Below are positions 17,591 through 29,059 of a DNA stretch of 64,000 nt, one piece after another. The notes beneath the pieces are model-generated. The model did no database searches and had not been told where the DNA came from. It saw nothing but the letters and a program-made list of their open reading frames with translations. Both the position numbers and the translations under genes were made by a program. Source of the stretch: Longimicrobiales bacterium (GTDB lineage Bacteria > Gemmatimonadota > Gemmatimonadetes > Longimicrobiales > Gaopeijiaceae); contig CBDANQ010000017.1 in assembly GCA_965197725.1 (NCBI GenBank), positions 1-64,000 on the forward strand, given 5' to 3'. The first letter of the stretch is position 1. Every line of letters begins with the position of its first letter.

Positions 17591-18475
17591 TCAGGACTCT
17601 GCCTGCTTCTCCTCGAGCTCTTCGAACTCGGAAATCAGCTGCGCCTCCGGAATCGAGTCAGCTTCAGCTTCGGAGACTTCCTCGACCTCGGCGTCCTGCA
17701 CCGCGGGAGCGGACTCTTCAGCCGCCGGAGCCGGCGCGGGTTCGTCGCCGGCTTCGAGCTGCTTCGGCTCTTCGGTCGAGCCATCGCCGAGCAGACCCAT
17801 CTGGCTCTTGAGCGCGAGAAGCTTGTCCTCCACGTCCGCGCCACCGCCCGGCCCCCCGGCTTCGAGCTGCATAAACTCGGTCTCGAGCGTGTCGCCCCCG
17901 AGCGCCTGCGTGACCTCCGCGTGCGCTATGCTCTGGCGTTCCTGCTCCTCGATCTTGTCGGCCATCCGGTTGAACGCCTCGAACGCCGAGGTGTCGGACA
18001 GACCGGACATCGTCTCGTGGATGCGGCGCTGTGCCTGAGCCCGCTTCTGCTTGGCTATGAGCAGATTCCGTTTGCGCTTCGCCTCTTCGATCTTGTCGTT
18101 GAGCTGGCGCAAGGAGCCCTTGAGGTTCTCGGTCTCGGCGGCCTGTCCCTTCCAGGTCTGCTGGATCTCCTGGGCGCGCTCAGCGTGCTCCTGCTGACGG
18201 ATCAGCGCCTGCTTCGCGAGGTCGTCACGACCTTCCTTCACCGCTAGCATCGCTCGATGCTCCCAGTCGCGCGCCTGCTTCACCTCGTCATCGAGCTGCG
18301 CCTTCAGCTTGCGTTCGTCCGCAATCGCCGCTGCGACCTCGCGCTTGGCTTTCGCCAGCTGGTCGCGCATGTCGATGATGATCTGGTTCAACATCTTCTC
18401 GGGGTTTTCCGCCCTCGAGATGAGGTCGTTGATGTTGGATTTGATGAGTGTCGACAGCTTCGTAAACATGCCCAT
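17591..18475 (-). CDS. pspA: PspA/IM30 family protein with an acidic C-terminal tail
   Basis: MGMFTKLSTLIKSNINDLISRAENPEKMLNQ...GRDDLAKQAL...AFNRMADKI. Confidence 0.92.
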   Translation of the reverse strand: MGMFTKLSTLIKSNINDLISRAENPEKMLNQIIIDMRDQLAKAKREVAAAIADERKLKAQLDDEVKQARDWEHRAMLAVKEGRDDLAKQALIRQQEHAERAQEIQQTWKGQAAETENLKGSLRQLNDKIEEAKRKRNLLIAKQKRAQAQRRIHETMSGLSDTSAFEAFNRMADKIEEQERQSIAHAEVTQALGGDTLETEFMQLEAGGPGGGADVEDKLLALKSQMGLLGDGSTEEPKQLEAGDEPAPAPAAEESAPAVQDAEVEEVSEAEADSIPEAQLISEFEELEEKQAES

Positions 18476-18479
18476 GTCG

Positions 18480-18917
18480 TCAGCCCTCTGCCTCTTCGGC
18501 GCCTGTGTCGTCGGCCTCGCCATCATTGGCGACGCCGGCCAGGGCGCGGATCCGCTCCATGTGACTGGTCGCGGCGAGTTCAATCGATTCCGTCGAGGCC
18601 CGAAGTTCGTCGAAGTCGAGCGTCTCTAGTTCGAGCGTGTCACTGAGGATCAGCTCACCGTCTTCGAGACCATAGGCCCCGTGGACAACGTCCGTAGCAT
18701 TCAACTCCAAGAGCGTACGGAAGAACCCAACCTCGTCGTCCATCGACGCGGGAAGGTCCATCACCTTCATGCGAATCAGGAGAAGCGCGTCCGCATGATG
18801 CACCACGACCGGAAAACCGCTGTTGCGGCCCTGGACGAGGAACATGCCCTCATCGACCTCGTCGTACTCAAGTTCCATCCGAATCAAGAAGCTCTCGAGA
18901 TCCTCTCGGGTTACCAT
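18480..18917 (-). CDS. YbjN/CesT-like chaperone-fold protein
   Basis: Small acidic protein with FFRTLLELNATDVVHGAYGL, directly upstream of pspA. Confidence 0.75.
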   Translation of the reverse strand: MVTREDLESFLIRMELEYDEVDEGMFLVQGRNSGFPVVVHHADALLLIRMKVMDLPASMDDEVGFFRTLLELNATDVVHGAYGLEDGELILSDTLELETLDFDELRASTESIELAATSHMERIRALAGVANDGEADDTGAEEAEG

Positions 18918-19075
18918 TACCGTCTCCGTTATCTGAGTCTCCGCGGGGGCGGAGGATGGGCTTGTTCGCCTGTGGTCAACCCTACGACACTGCGCCAACC
19001 CGGTTTCTCTCCGGGCTCGCCCGCATGCTACCGGGCTCGAAAGATAAAGCGTAAGCGCCACCGATGCAGCCTTCC

Positions 19076-21991
19076 TCAACTCCCAAGCATGGGCGCCAGA
19101 TGCTGACCCGTGTAGGAGGCCTTCGTCGCCGCCACATGTTCGGGAGTGCCCTCCGCGATGATACGACCGCCACCCGATCCACCTTCTGGACCGAGGTCGA
19201 TGATCCAATCAGCGGTCTTCACGACGTGAAGATTGTGTTCGATCACGATGACCGTGTTCCCGAGCTCTACGAGCCGGTGCAGGACTTCAAGGAGGACGCG
19301 TACGTCCTCGAAGTGCAGGCCGGTCGTCGGCTCATCGAGGATGTACAGCGTCTGGCCGGTCGCCCGCTTGGAAAGCTCCGTCGCGAGCTTCACGCGTTGC
19401 GCCTCGCCGCCGGACAGCGTCGTCGCCGACTGTCCGAGGTGCACGTAGCCCAAGCCCACCTGGTGCAGGGTCTCCAGCTTCGCCTTGATGCGAGGCACGG
19501 CGGCGAAGAACTCGAGCGCGTCTTCGACGGTCATCTCCAGGACGTCGGCGATGTTGTTGCCCTTGTAGAAGACGTCGAGCGTCTCACGGTTGTAGCGCCG
19601 GCCGCGGCACACGTCGCACCGAACGTAGACGTCGGGCAGAAAGTGCATCTCGATCTTGACGAGCCCATCGCCCTGGCAAGACTCGCAGCGTCCACCCTTC
19701 ACGTTGAACGAGAAGCGCCCAGGCCCGTACCCGCGCAGTTGCGACTCGGGCAGGTTCGCGAAGAGTTCCCGAATGGGGGTGAACAGACCCACGTAGGTCG
19801 CGGGGTTCGAGCGCGGCGTTCGTCCGATCGGCGACTGATCGACATCGACGACTTTGTCGATCAACTCGATACCCTCGATGGTGTCGTGGCTTCCTGGGAC
19901 GAGTTTGCTCCGGTAGAGGTGGCGCGCCAGCGCGTGGTACAGCGTCTCGTTGACGAGCGTCGATTTTCCGGACCCGCTCACGCCAGTTACGCATACGAAC
20001 ACTCCGAGCGGGAAGCTTACGTCGAGCTTCCGCAAGTTGTGGCTGCGGGCGCCAAGCACGGTGAGCGCGCGCCCGGCGTCGACCGGTCGGCGGCGCGCCG
20101 GAACCTCGATCCGACGCTGACCGCGCAGATAGGCGCCGGTGAGCGACCTCTCTTCGGCCAGTAGCGCCTCAATCGCACCGCTCGCGACGACCTCCCCGCC
20201 GTGACGCCCCGCGCCGGGCCCGAGGTCAACGATGTAGTCAGCGTGCCGGATGGTCTCCTCATCGTGCTCGACGACCAGCACGGTATTTCCGAGATCGCGT
20301 AGGTGTTCGAGCGTGGCGAGAAGTCGCGCGTTGTCCCGCTGGTGGAGACCGATCGACGGCTCGTCGAGGATGTAGAGGACCCCCACGAGCCGACTTCCGA
20401 TCTGGGTGGCGAGCCGAATCCGCTGCGCCTCACCACCCGAGAGTGAACCGGCCGCGCGGCCCAGTGTGAGGTAGTCGAGCCCTACGTCGCTGAGGAAGCG
20501 TAGGCGTTCTCCCATTTCCTTCAGGATCGGTCCGGCGATTTCTGCGGAAAGCGGCGGGCCAGGAGCCCCGTTCCTCTTCCCCTTCTTGCCGTTCCGCTCC
20601 CCTTGCACCGGCAACGAATCGATGAAGGCGCGGGCATCCGCGATCGGAAGCTCCACGATGTCGCCCAATGAGCGCCCGCCGATCGTGACCGACCTCGACG
20701 CGGGCTTCAGGCGACTACCGTCGCACGCCCCGCAGGGGAGCGTCGACATATAGTCGTCGAGCTGGTTCCGAACCGCCTCCGACGTGGTTTCCCGGTACCT
20801 GCGATCGATGTTCGCGAGGATGCCTTCCCAGCGATCCTCGTAGTGGCCCTTGAACTTCCCGCTGCCCGACCTGTACGGGAAGCGGATTTTCATCGCGCCT
20901 GAACCGTGCATCAGGCCATGGCGCACCGACTCGTCGAGCTCTCCCCACGGCGTGTCCGCTTCGAACTCGTACGCTTCGGCCAATCCGGGGATCACAGAGC
21001 GCCGCAGGTGCCCCGATGGATCACCCCACGGGAGGATGACCCCCTCGAGGACCGAGAGGCTCGGGTCCGCGAGGAGCAGGTCAACGTTCACTTCCTTCCG
21101 AGTACCGAGACCACCGCACTCCTCGCATGCTCCGTACGGGGAGTTGAAGGAGAACTGCCTGGGTTCGAGCTCAGCGAGGTTGGTGCCGCAGTTTCCGCAC
21201 GCGTAGCGCTCGCTGAACACGTGCCCGACCGATTCGGTCCGTTTCCGGTGTTGGATCACCTCGAGCATACCGTCGCTCGTCCGAAGCGCGGTTTCCACCG
21301 AGTCAGCCAGCCGGTCGCGGTCCTCCGCGCGGATCACGAGGCGATCGACCACCACCGCGATGTCGTGGTTTTCGTAGCGGTTGAGCGCAGGCGGTTCGCG
21401 TAGGTCGTACGTTTCGCCGTCCACCCGAACCCGTACGAACCCATCCTTGCGCGCGCGCTCGAAAACAGCGGCGAACTCACCCTTCCGGCCCCGCACCAGG
21501 GGCGCCAGCACCTCGACACGCGTGCCCTCCTTCATCCTGAGCAGTGCGTCGACGATCTGACTGGCCGACTGTCGCATCACGGGTTCGCCACAGGTCGGAC
21601 AGTGCGGCGTGCCGACGCGTGCCCAGAGCAGGCGCAGGTAGTCATAGATCTCAGTGACCGTGCCGACCGTGGAGCGCGGATTCCGGCTCACCGTCTTCTG
21701 CTCGATCGAAATCGCCGGCGAGAGCCCCTCGATGGAATCGACGTCGGGCTTTTCCATCAAGCCGAGGAACTGGCGCGCATAAGCGGACAGCGACTCGACG
21801 TACCGGCGCTGCCCCTCGGCGTAGATCGTATCGAACGCGAGCGAGGACTTCCCCGAACCAGACAGTCCGGTGATCACGATGAGCCGCTCCCTCGGCAGCT
21901 CGACGTGGATGTCCCTCAGGTTGTGCTCGCGGGCGCCGCGGACGATGAGCTTCTCGCTGCTGCGCGACTCGGCGGCCTTAGATCGTACCAT
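19076..21991 (-). CDS. uvrA: Excinuclease ABC subunit A
   Basis: [21 protein letters not shown], zinc fingers, LSGGEAQR twice, GVSGSGKST. Confidence 0.98.
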   Translation of the reverse strand: MVRSKAAESRSSEKLIVRGAREHNLRDIHVELPRERLIVITGLSGSGKSSLAFDTIYAEGQRRYVESLSAYARQFLGLMEKPDVDSIEGLSPAISIEQKTVSRNPRSTVGTVTEIYDYLRLLWARVGTPHCPTCGEPVMRQSASQIVDALLRMKEGTRVEVLAPLVRGRKGEFAAVFERARKDGFVRVRVDGETYDLREPPALNRYENHDIAVVVDRLVIRAEDRDRLADSVETALRTSDGMLEVIQHRKRTESVGHVFSERYACGNCGTNLAELEPRQFSFNSPYGACEECGGLGTRKEVNVDLLLADPSLSVLEGVILPWGDPSGHLRRSVIPGLAEAYEFEADTPWGELDESVRHGLMHGSGAMKIRFPYRSGSGKFKGHYEDRWEGILANIDRRYRETTSEAVRNQLDDYMSTLPCGACDGSRLKPASRSVTIGGRSLGDIVELPIADARAFIDSLPVQGERNGKKGKRNGAPGPPLSAEIAGPILKEMGERLRFLSDVGLDYLTLGRAAGSLSGGEAQRIRLATQIGSRLVGVLYILDEPSIGLHQRDNARLLATLEHLRDLGNTVLVVEHDEETIRHADYIVDLGPGAGRHGGEVVASGAIEALLAEERSLTGAYLRGQRRIEVPARRRPVDAGRALTVLGARSHNLRKLDVSFPLGVFVCVTGVSGSGKSTLVNETLYHALARHLYRSKLVPGSHDTIEGIELIDKVVDVDQSPIGRTPRSNPATYVGLFTPIRELFANLPESQLRGYGPGRFSFNVKGGRCESCQGDGLVKIEMHFLPDVYVRCDVCRGRRYNRETLDVFYKGNNIADVLEMTVEDALEFFAAVPRIKAKLETLHQVGLGYVHLGQSATTLSGGEAQRVKLATELSKRATGQTLYILDEPTTGLHFEDVRVLLEVLHRLVELGNTVIVIEHNLHVVKTADWIIDLGPEGGSGGGRIIAEGTPEHVAATKASYTGQHLAPMLGS

Positions 21992-22090
21992 AGCCTGACA
22001 ACCTAACCGCGAGTGCAAGTCGCGCTCAATCCTGGGGGTGCGCCACAAAATGCGGCCCGCGAGGCGAAAAAGAGGGGGGCTACGCCAGCG

Positions 22091-25000
22091 TCAGCGACCC
22101 AACTCTCTGAAGACGAACACGCCCACGACCTTCGGCGGTGGGACTCCAAAACGCCCGAAGCCGCCGCTACCGCTCCGCAGGAACCGGTCCTCGAAGAATC
22201 CCTCGACGGTGTAGTCGTCGGAGAGGGACCATTCGATTCGCGCTCCTCCCAAGAAGCTGCCGCCCGCGGCCTGCCCGAACAGGGGCCGGAAGACGATCAC
22301 GATGAATGTGTTCGGTCCCACGTACTGGCCGATCTCCACTTGCGTATTCGCGAGCGAGCCGGTGAGCCCCGAGGCGAACGCGAAGTCGCCAGCCTGCGTG
22401 ATCGACAAGTAGTCGACACCGATCCCTTGAGCGAGCACAGCCCCGATCTGGGACGCGACCGCTCCAGAGACGAAAGTCACGACGGAGCCGGCGGCCCCCT
22501 CGAGGAACGCGGTTTGCCCCGTGGCGAGCTCCGCGCTGGAGTGCCCGAAGACGAGGTAGCTCACGAGGTCGGACTGCACCAGCCCCGCCTCCTCCGTCGA
22601 AAGTGCGACCCGGGGAAGCGAGAGCGTGCCCCCGACGTTGGCACTGACCTCCAGCGGCTCACCCTCGATGCGCCGGATCCGGCTCACCGCCTGGATGTCA
22701 AGCGTCGGGTTCATGCCCGGCGTCCCGGGGAAGCCGACGGTACCGCCAGCGACCTGGAAGCGACGCCCCAGCACCGCATACGAGCCGCGCAACGCCTGTA
22801 GCTCCCCGATCATGACGAGGTCCCTGTCGCGCCGCGAGTACCGAACCTGGAGCACCCCGCCGATCTCCACGTCCATCTCGGGGGACCGAAGCCAGGTGGC
22901 CCTCGGAACGGCGAGGGTCACTTCGGCTCGCAAATAGTCGAGGAAGGGGAGGTCGCGCAACAACGGCTGGGTCAAGAAGACCGTCGTGTCGGCGCCGAAG
23001 AGACTCGGGTTCGAGAGATCCACGATCTCCGCGTTCCTCACGAACTCGTCTACGAAGATCGCGGCCTCGTCCACAGTGACGTCGCCTTGTACGAATGGGC
23101 GGCCGTATCGGCCGCTCAGAGTGAGCGCTCCGCTCACGCGACTCTCTATGTCCCTCCGCTGCACGCTCTGGAAGCCCTCGAACGTGAACTGGAGGTCGAG
23201 GCCTGGGTCTGAGACCGGATCCAAGATCAGTGTGCCGGTGACTTCGGCACGGCCGGTCGCGTTCAACGACAGGTCGACCTCGGCTGTTCGGTCCGGCTTG
23301 AGCGTCACCGTACCGTCGACCTCGGAGTGGCGAACGCCGAGCACCTCGATCGACCAGCCCCCCGTGGAAAGCGTTATAACCCCTTCGGGCTCAGGCGTCT
23401 CGGAGGTACCACCTAGGCGTACTTCCCCGGACACGGTACCGACCACGTCCTCGAGCGTCCCGAAGTACGCGAGCGCTACGGCGGCATCGAGGGAGTCAGC
23501 TACCACTCGCAGGTCCATCGGCTGCGCGACTTGCCGACGCTCGACCTCGGCCAGAGACAGATCGATCGGTACCGGGCCAACGGCGCTCAATACCCGTCGC
23601 TCACCCTCCCAGGCCTCGACGCGTACATCCGCTTCCTTGCCCCGATACTCCAACTCGCCCGAGACGCGGGTGAGCGGGACGTCCGCGAGGCTAGGCTCCT
23701 CGAGCTCGAAGCGTCCCTCGATAACCGGATCGTCGGCAGGCCCGCTCACCGACAGCGTGAGGTCGAGGTGCCCGCTCATGGCGACATTGTCGAACTCCAC
23801 TACACGGGCCACGCGCTCAACGTGCAGGCCTTCGATCACCAGGTCGAAGTCAGATACATCCGAGCGCGAAAGCGTGCCGTCGGCGGTGATCTTCATGTGG
23901 TCGTGGTCGTCCCGGCGCAGTTCGAGGCCCTCGATGGAGACCGATCGCTCGTCCCAAACCACGCGACTCGGATGCGCGAGGAAGTATACGAGCGAGTCGA
24001 GTGTCGCCGTCGCCTCTTCCAGCCGGACCGAGCCCTCCCCCGAGTCGAGGTCGAACTGGCCGCTGGCGTCGAGCCGCTCGCCTAGGCCCCGCTCGACTTC
24101 GAGCGCCACGCGTCCCCTCCGCCGAGTCATGCCGGCGTCCACATGGGCCCGCTCGAACGAGCGGCCTTGATACTCCACGCCGAACGCGTCCAGAAACACG
24201 TCCCAGTCCCCCGCGAAGTCGGGGAGCTCGTCCGCGGTCAGGTGCACACTCGCGCTGTCGACGCGGTTGTGACCGTACACGGCCCCGCGGACGTGCATAT
24301 CGAGTTCGACATCGAGCACGTCGACGGATCCCACGAGGCGTATGGTACCGTCGACCGCGCCGTACATGCGCACGTCCGCGGTGTCGGGGAGGGCCTCGAC
24401 GTCGACACCCTCGAACCTCAGGCGCGCCGACTCCAGAGCACTGAGGGTGTCCTTGGCCGTTACTGTGTCGCCGAGCAAGAGCGGGCGCAGGCCCCCGAGC
24501 GAGTCCGTCGAGAAGGTGAGCTGGGCCTCCCCGTCGAGCGGTGCGGCCATGCCGAGGCGTCCCTCGCCCGAGACCACGACGCCGCCGAGCACGGCATCCA
24601 GACTGTCGACCGTCAGGATCCCCGCCGAGGTTCTCAGGTAGGCCGTCACCGTGTCGACGTGCAGGCCCCCAATCCGCGACCGGGATGCGAACAGTGTCGC
24701 TGCCGCATCCATGGAATCAACGCGGATACCGCGGCCTTCCACCGAGAGCGTGCCGCTCCATACGGACCGAGTCGGAAGCCGGGCGCTGAACCGATCGAGC
24801 GGAACGGATTCGGCGGAAGCGTCGAATCGGTAGAACGATCCGAGCCGTCGCATGTCCACCACGCCGTCCAACCCGATCCTTCCACCCACGGCGTCGAAGT
24901 CGCCCGACACCTGAAGGTCGCGCAAGCGGCCCACGCCTCGCAGGCGGCCAGTGACCTCACCACCGAGCTCGAGATCCGGCTGCAACTGCCCCAAGATTCG

Positions 25001-26599
25001 TAGCGCGAGCGGTGCGAAATCTGCCTGCATATCCGCGATCCACTGGCCCGTTTCCGTTCGCCTCAACCCCCCGCTCACCAGCGCGCGCGAAGTCAGCAAC
25101 GAGTCTCCCTGGTGCGACGCGTCGGCAACGAATTGCAGCCCCTCATCCACCCGGCCCAACACTTCGAACGCGAGCGAACCTGATCCACCCAGGGGGACAT
25201 CCGGGGCGACGACCTCCAGCAGCTGATAGTTGAGCGGGTCCAAGCGCGCTTCGAAGGTCGTCGCCCCGGGGTTCGTCCCTCCATGCAGAGTGCCGCTGAA
25301 GTCCGCGGTCGTCGGAGAACCCCCGTACCCGGTCGGGACGAGCGTCATCCGACCGCTCGTCACCACGTCCCTCAGCGTCCCGGAGAAGCGCACTTCCCCG
25401 CTGAGCCAACCGTCGAGCGGAAGATCCCGGCCGATCCAAGGCTCGAGCCGATCGAGGGCGAGCGGGTTCGCCGTCACATCGAGAGCGTCCAACGAGATCT
25501 GTTCGCCGAGCACGACCCGGCCGCCCACTGTGACGCTGCTCGCCTCCAACTCGATGCGGACCTCGTCCAGAACGACCTCCGTCGACCCAGCGACCGCGAT
25601 GCGGGCACCGCCGCGGAACGAACCGGACGGGATGCGGTCGTCCAGCCACTTCAGGTCCTCGAGGTCGCCATCACCCTCGGTGCTCAGCGTGGCAGCGAGC
25701 GACCACGGACCATCTAGCTCACCGGGCCCCGCCGAGATCTCACCTCGCAATACCGTGCCCGGCAGACGAAACCGACCCTCGGAGACGGTGACTCCCGCTG
25801 AGCCGTACACGATCTCTCCGGACGCCTCTTCGAGGCTCACGGGCTCCGCGACGACCGCGACCTTCATGGACAGGGACGTCAGCTGGGCCGCGAAGAGCCG
25901 GGCCGCGTTGGAGAGGTCGAGTAAACCGTTCTCGAGGTCGAGGTCGAGCTCCTCGAAGGCGAGCAGCCTCAGAAGCCCTTCCCCGTCCGGCGACGGCACG
26001 GTGACACCTGTGGTGTCGTCCCCGACGGGAGTGAGCAACCGTACGGTCCCGCCCCGCACCGCAACACGGCCCAATGCGAAGGAAGCGGGCGGAGAGTCCG
26101 ACTCGGGTTGCCCACCTACGACTGGATCGACTTGTGTCTTGAGCACGCTCCGGATGTTCGGGAGCCGCTCGGAGGCGTAGTGGGAGATCTCGAGATCGAG
26201 GCCCCAAATGATGACCGAGGAGAGCCCTCGCCGCTTGGGGTCGAGAAGCTGGAACAGGGAGAAGCCAAGCTCGACGGAGTCCGCAGACAGGAAGCGGCGG
26301 CCGTCTTCCGCGTCGAGCTTGAGGCCCGTCAGCGTCGCGTGGGTCAACAAAGTGCCACTTCGAATTCCGTCCACTATCAGGTCGCCCGCAAGCGAAGCGC
26401 GCGCCCGGTCCAGCATCACGTCCAGCGCAATGCGTTGGGCGCGGCCCGTCCTCACGAGCATGACGGAGACGCCGAGCAGCGACAGAACCAGGACCGCCGC
26501 CACTGCGAACATGCGCCGGCGCCAGCTCCTCTTCGGGGCTGCCTGGTGAGGCGAGTCGGCGGACTCGGGCGCCGGCGTTGGCCGGCTCGAATCACTCAT
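22091..26599 (-). CDS. tamB: Translocation/assembly module TamB-like protein, about 1500 aa
   Basis: N-terminal TM anchor, long beta-rich body and a DUF490-like end (GSYAVLGRRF, NPTLDI, VGGTLSLP). Directly follows tamA. Confidence 0.85.
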   Translation of the reverse strand: MSDSSRPTPAPESADSPHQAAPKRSWRRRMFAVAAVLVLSLLGVSVMLVRTGRAQRIALDVMLDRARASLAGDLIVDGIRSGTLLTHATLTGLKLDAEDGRRFLSADSVELGFSLFQLLDPKRRGLSSVIIWGLDLEISHYASERLPNIRSVLKTQVDPVVGGQPESDSPPASFALGRVAVRGGTVRLLTPVGDDTTGVTVPSPDGEGLLRLLAFEELDLDLENGLLDLSNAARLFAAQLTSLSMKVAVVAEPVSLEEASGEIVYGSAGVTVSEGRFRLPGTVLRGEISAGPGELDGPWSLAATLSTEGDGDLEDLKWLDDRIPSGSFRGGARIAVAGSTEVVLDEVRIELEASSVTVGGRVVLGEQISLDALDVTANPLALDRLEPWIGRDLPLDGWLSGEVRFSGTLRDVVTSGRMTLVPTGYGGSPTTADFSGTLHGGTNPGATTFEARLDPLNYQLLEVVAPDVPLGGSGSLAFEVLGRVDEGLQFVADASHQGDSLLTSRALVSGGLRRTETGQWIADMQADFAPLALRILGQLQPDLELGGEVTGRLRGVGRLRDLQVSGDFDAVGGRIGLDGVVDMRRLGSFYRFDASAESVPLDRFSARLPTRSVWSGTLSVEGRGIRVDSMDAAATLFASRSRIGGLHVDTVTAYLRTSAGILTVDSLDAVLGGVVVSGEGRLGMAAPLDGEAQLTFSTDSLGGLRPLLLGDTVTAKDTLSALESARLRFEGVDVEALPDTADVRMYGAVDGTIRLVGSVDVLDVELDMHVRGAVYGHNRVDSASVHLTADELPDFAGDWDVFLDAFGVEYQGRSFERAHVDAGMTRRRGRVALEVERGLGERLDASGQFDLDSGEGSVRLEEATATLDSLVYFLAHPSRVVWDERSVSIEGLELRRDDHDHMKITADGTLSRSDVSDFDLVIEGLHVERVARVVEFDNVAMSGHLDLTLSVSGPADDPVIEGRFELEEPSLADVPLTRVSGELEYRGKEADVRVEAWEGERRVLSAVGPVPIDLSLAEVERRQVAQPMDLRVVADSLDAAVALAYFGTLEDVVGTVSGEVRLGGTSETPEPEGVITLSTGGWSIEVLGVRHSEVDGTVTLKPDRTAEVDLSLNATGRAEVTGTLILDPVSDPGLDLQFTFEGFQSVQRRDIESRVSGALTLSGRYGRPFVQGDVTVDEAAIFVDEFVRNAEIVDLSNPSLFGADTTVFLTQPLLRDLPFLDYLRAEVTLAVPRATWLRSPEMDVEIGGVLQVRYSRRDRDLVMIGELQALRGSYAVLGRRFQVAGGTVGFPGTPGMNPTLDIQAVSRIRRIEGEPLEVSANVGGTLSLPRVALSTEEAGLVQSDLVSYLVFGHSSAELATGQTAFLEGAAGSVVTFVSGAVASQIGAVLAQGIGVDYLSITQAGDFAFASGLTGSLANTQVEIGQYVGPNTFIVIVFRPLFGQAAGGSFLGGARIEWSLSDDYTVEGFFEDRFLRSGSGGFGRFGVPPPKVVGVFVFRELGR

Positions 26600-28872
26600 C
26601 AGAACGCCTGGCCGATCGAGATGTGGAGTTGGAAGCGTCGCCACGACAGCGCGGACGACTCGCCGAACAAGAAGCTCGGGCGGAGCACCGCGAGTTCGTT
26701 CGATCGGACGAACGGGATGCTCTCTCCATCCACGAGGATCTGGTCCTCAGGCTCGTCCTCCCCGTCTGCAAACGGCCGCAGCTGCGACGTCACGACGGAC
26801 AGGGCCTGTCCGCTCCTGAAGCGGTAGGCGAGGTCGACCCGGACCGGGCCGATCGGGCTGAGGAGGCGAATGCCAGTGCCGGGGGTCACATCGAGGTCGC
26901 TGAGGACGACCGACTCCGTCGCACCCCAAAGCTGTCCTGCGTCGACAAAAGTGACGCCTTGTAGGCGGGAGCCAAGCCTGAACCGAACCTCGAGGTTGGC
27001 CTCGAGCACTCTGGTACCGCCGGTCGGGCGGGGCATGAAGCGCCCCTCGTCCAGCCCGCTCGCGTCGCAACTGAGCTCGATCACCTGCTCGGGCGTGCAC
27101 GCGCTCCCCGCGCTCCTCTCATCCAGGAGTTGCTCCGGATCGACGGTCAGGACCCTCGGGCCGAGACGGCTTTGCGCGAAGCCGCGTACCGAGTTCGCCC
27201 CCCCCGCGTAGAACCGCTTCTGAGGGTGTACGATGTCGACACCTACACCCGCCCCGACCAGCTCGCTGAACGGCCCGGCTCCGACCCACCCGCCCCGCAC
27301 CCGGGCTGCCAGCACCCCCGAGCCTTGGCTGGCGTACCAGGTGCCTTCGGCGACCACGCGATCGTAGCGGAAGTTCGAGCCCGTCCACCAAGCCGCATGC
27401 TCGAGGTCGACGACGACGTTATAGCCGCGCGTAGGATTGAGTGGGTTGTTCGCGAGAATGCGAGTGAAGTTGACGCCTACCGGAGCGAGCCGATTGGAAC
27501 TCTCCAGGATCTCGATGTCGTCCGGGGTGCATACCAGGAATCCTGTGCAGAACAGAACGTCAGCTGCATCGAGACGCGACAACTCAGGTCGGTACGAGAG
27601 CGTCAGGGGAGTCTGCGGCCCGATCGCACGGGTCAGCGCGAGATTGAGACCAACCGCACGCCGCACGAAGACATCGGGGAGGCTCTGGCGCTCACTGAAC
27701 ACCGAAGCCACGAACGAATTGCGCGTGGAGAAGATCCACGGCTGAGCAAAATCGAGGGCGGCCAGCCAGTTCAACTCGGCGAACGAGCCGCTCCCACTCG
27801 ACGGACAGAGAATGTCGTGGAAGTCCGCGGCGAGAAGGTTCGCGACCCGGCCGCGGAGCTGCAGAATACGGCCGCCGCCCATGAAGTTGCGGGCCGTGCT
27901 TCGGGACTCGACGTCGAAACACTCCGCCGTGCTCCAACCCGCTCCGTAGCGGAGCCGGTATTGATCCCCTTCCTGGACCCGCAGAGTCACGGGAATCACC
28001 GAATCGGGAGCGGCCAAAAGGTCCCGGCGGCGGAGCTCCCACTCGGCGATGGGGATGTCGAACGGTTCCACGCGAGCACTGCTGACGATGTCGAGACCGA
28101 ACAAGCGGGTCTGCGACTCCAAGAGTTGGTCCCTTCGGAAGAGGCGACCGGTCCGAATCTGTGCGGTCCGAAGTATCGTCGACTTGCTGAGGTTCTGGTT
28201 GTCCGCGATCGTGATCACGCCGTACTCGGAGAGCGGCCCAGGGTCGACTTCGAACGTCACCGCCGAGCTGTACGGGGCGCCCGCAGGCAGCATGGAGTGT
28301 ATCAGCACCTCAGCGTAGGCATATCCGCGATTCTGAAGTCGCCGCTCGAGAGCATCGCGTGTGGCATCGAGCGCGTAGAGGCTCATTCGGTCACCAAGCT
28401 CGAGCGGCAGATCCTGCAACAGACCGTCCCCGTCCAGGCCTTCGACGCCGAGCACTCCGATACTGTCGACCACGACCGGTAGGCCCTCGACAACTGTGAA
28501 CGACACATGTGCCCGTCCGTCCAGCGTGTCGACGACCGGAGGCTCGATGTTCGTCTCACGAAACCCGCGAACCCGATACCAGGCGACCAGACGGATTCCG
28601 TCGATCGGGATCTGGGAGTCGTTCAGGTAGAAACGCTGCACCGCGAAGTCCGCGCCGAAGACGCAAAAGGGGCTGAGTACCGCCGATCGGCACTCGCTTT
28701 CTCGGGTTACGATCGCGCGGGCCAGTGAGTCGTCCGGGAACAACTCGTTCCCGTGGAAGCGGACCGAGGCGATCTCGGTGCGCCTGACCTGAGCCGAGGC
28801 AGGCGGCGGCACGAGAGACGTGGCTCCGATCAGAGCCCAGGCGAGAATCCGCCCGAGGGCGCACTGGCGCAC
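26599..28872 (-). CDS. tamA: TamA/BamA (Omp85) family outer-membrane protein
   Basis: Signal peptide, POTRA-like segments (LQNRGY), FYAGGANSVRGF, SPIGPVRVDLAY and terminal SIGQAF. Confidence 0.88.
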   Translation of the reverse strand: MRQCALGRILAWALIGATSLVPPPASAQVRRTEIASVRFHGNELFPDDSLARAIVTRESECRSAVLSPFCVFGADFAVQRFYLNDSQIPIDGIRLVAWYRVRGFRETNIEPPVVDTLDGRAHVSFTVVEGLPVVVDSIGVLGVEGLDGDGLLQDLPLELGDRMSLYALDATRDALERRLQNRGYAYAEVLIHSMLPAGAPYSSAVTFEVDPGPLSEYGVITIADNQNLSKSTILRTAQIRTGRLFRRDQLLESQTRLFGLDIVSSARVEPFDIPIAEWELRRRDLLAAPDSVIPVTLRVQEGDQYRLRYGAGWSTAECFDVESRSTARNFMGGGRILQLRGRVANLLAADFHDILCPSSGSGSFAELNWLAALDFAQPWIFSTRNSFVASVFSERQSLPDVFVRRAVGLNLALTRAIGPQTPLTLSYRPELSRLDAADVLFCTGFLVCTPDDIEILESSNRLAPVGVNFTRILANNPLNPTRGYNVVVDLEHAAWWTGSNFRYDRVVAEGTWYASQGSGVLAARVRGGWVGAGPFSELVGAGVGVDIVHPQKRFYAGGANSVRGFAQSRLGPRVLTVDPEQLLDERSAGSACTPEQVIELSCDASGLDEGRFMPRPTGGTRVLEANLEVRFRLGSRLQGVTFVDAGQLWGATESVVLSDLDVTPGTGIRLLSPIGPVRVDLAYRFRSGQALSVVTSQLRPFADGEDEPEDQILVDGESIPFVRSNELAVLRPSFLFGESSALSWRRFQLHISIGQAF

Positions 28873-28874
28873 GC

Positions 28875-29057
28875 CTACGTGTCTCCTTGCCGCGGCTCGC
28901 CCGACCGCCCGTCGACCTCCATGCCCAGGGGCTCTCGCGCGAGCAGAAGCCGGGTGAAGTAGAACGTGACGATACCGACGCTCGCCGCTACGGCGGAAGA
29001 GATGACGATGGCGCGCAAGTCCTCACCACGATCGGGGCGATTCCGGAGATAGCGCAC
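28875..29057 (-). CDS. Small single-TM hypothetical protein, 60 aa
   Basis: Fills the gap exactly, with 2-nt spacers on both sides, and has one hydrophobic helix. Confidence 0.7.
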   Translation of the reverse strand: MRYLRNRPDRGEDLRAIVISSAVAASVGIVTFYFTRLLLAREPLGMEVDGRSGEPRQGDT

Positions 29058-29059
29058 CC

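Noticed and set aside
18920..19075. Possible sigma-54 promoter upstream of the psp genes (two TGGCGC hits)
   Set aside because: No TTGC at the required -12 spacing.
21992..22090. Possible LexA box upstream of uvrA
   Set aside because: No convincing dyad or known SOS motif seen.
27188..27205. C8 tract in tamA as a phase-variation site
   Set aside because: It is in frame and encodes the conserved YAGG motif.
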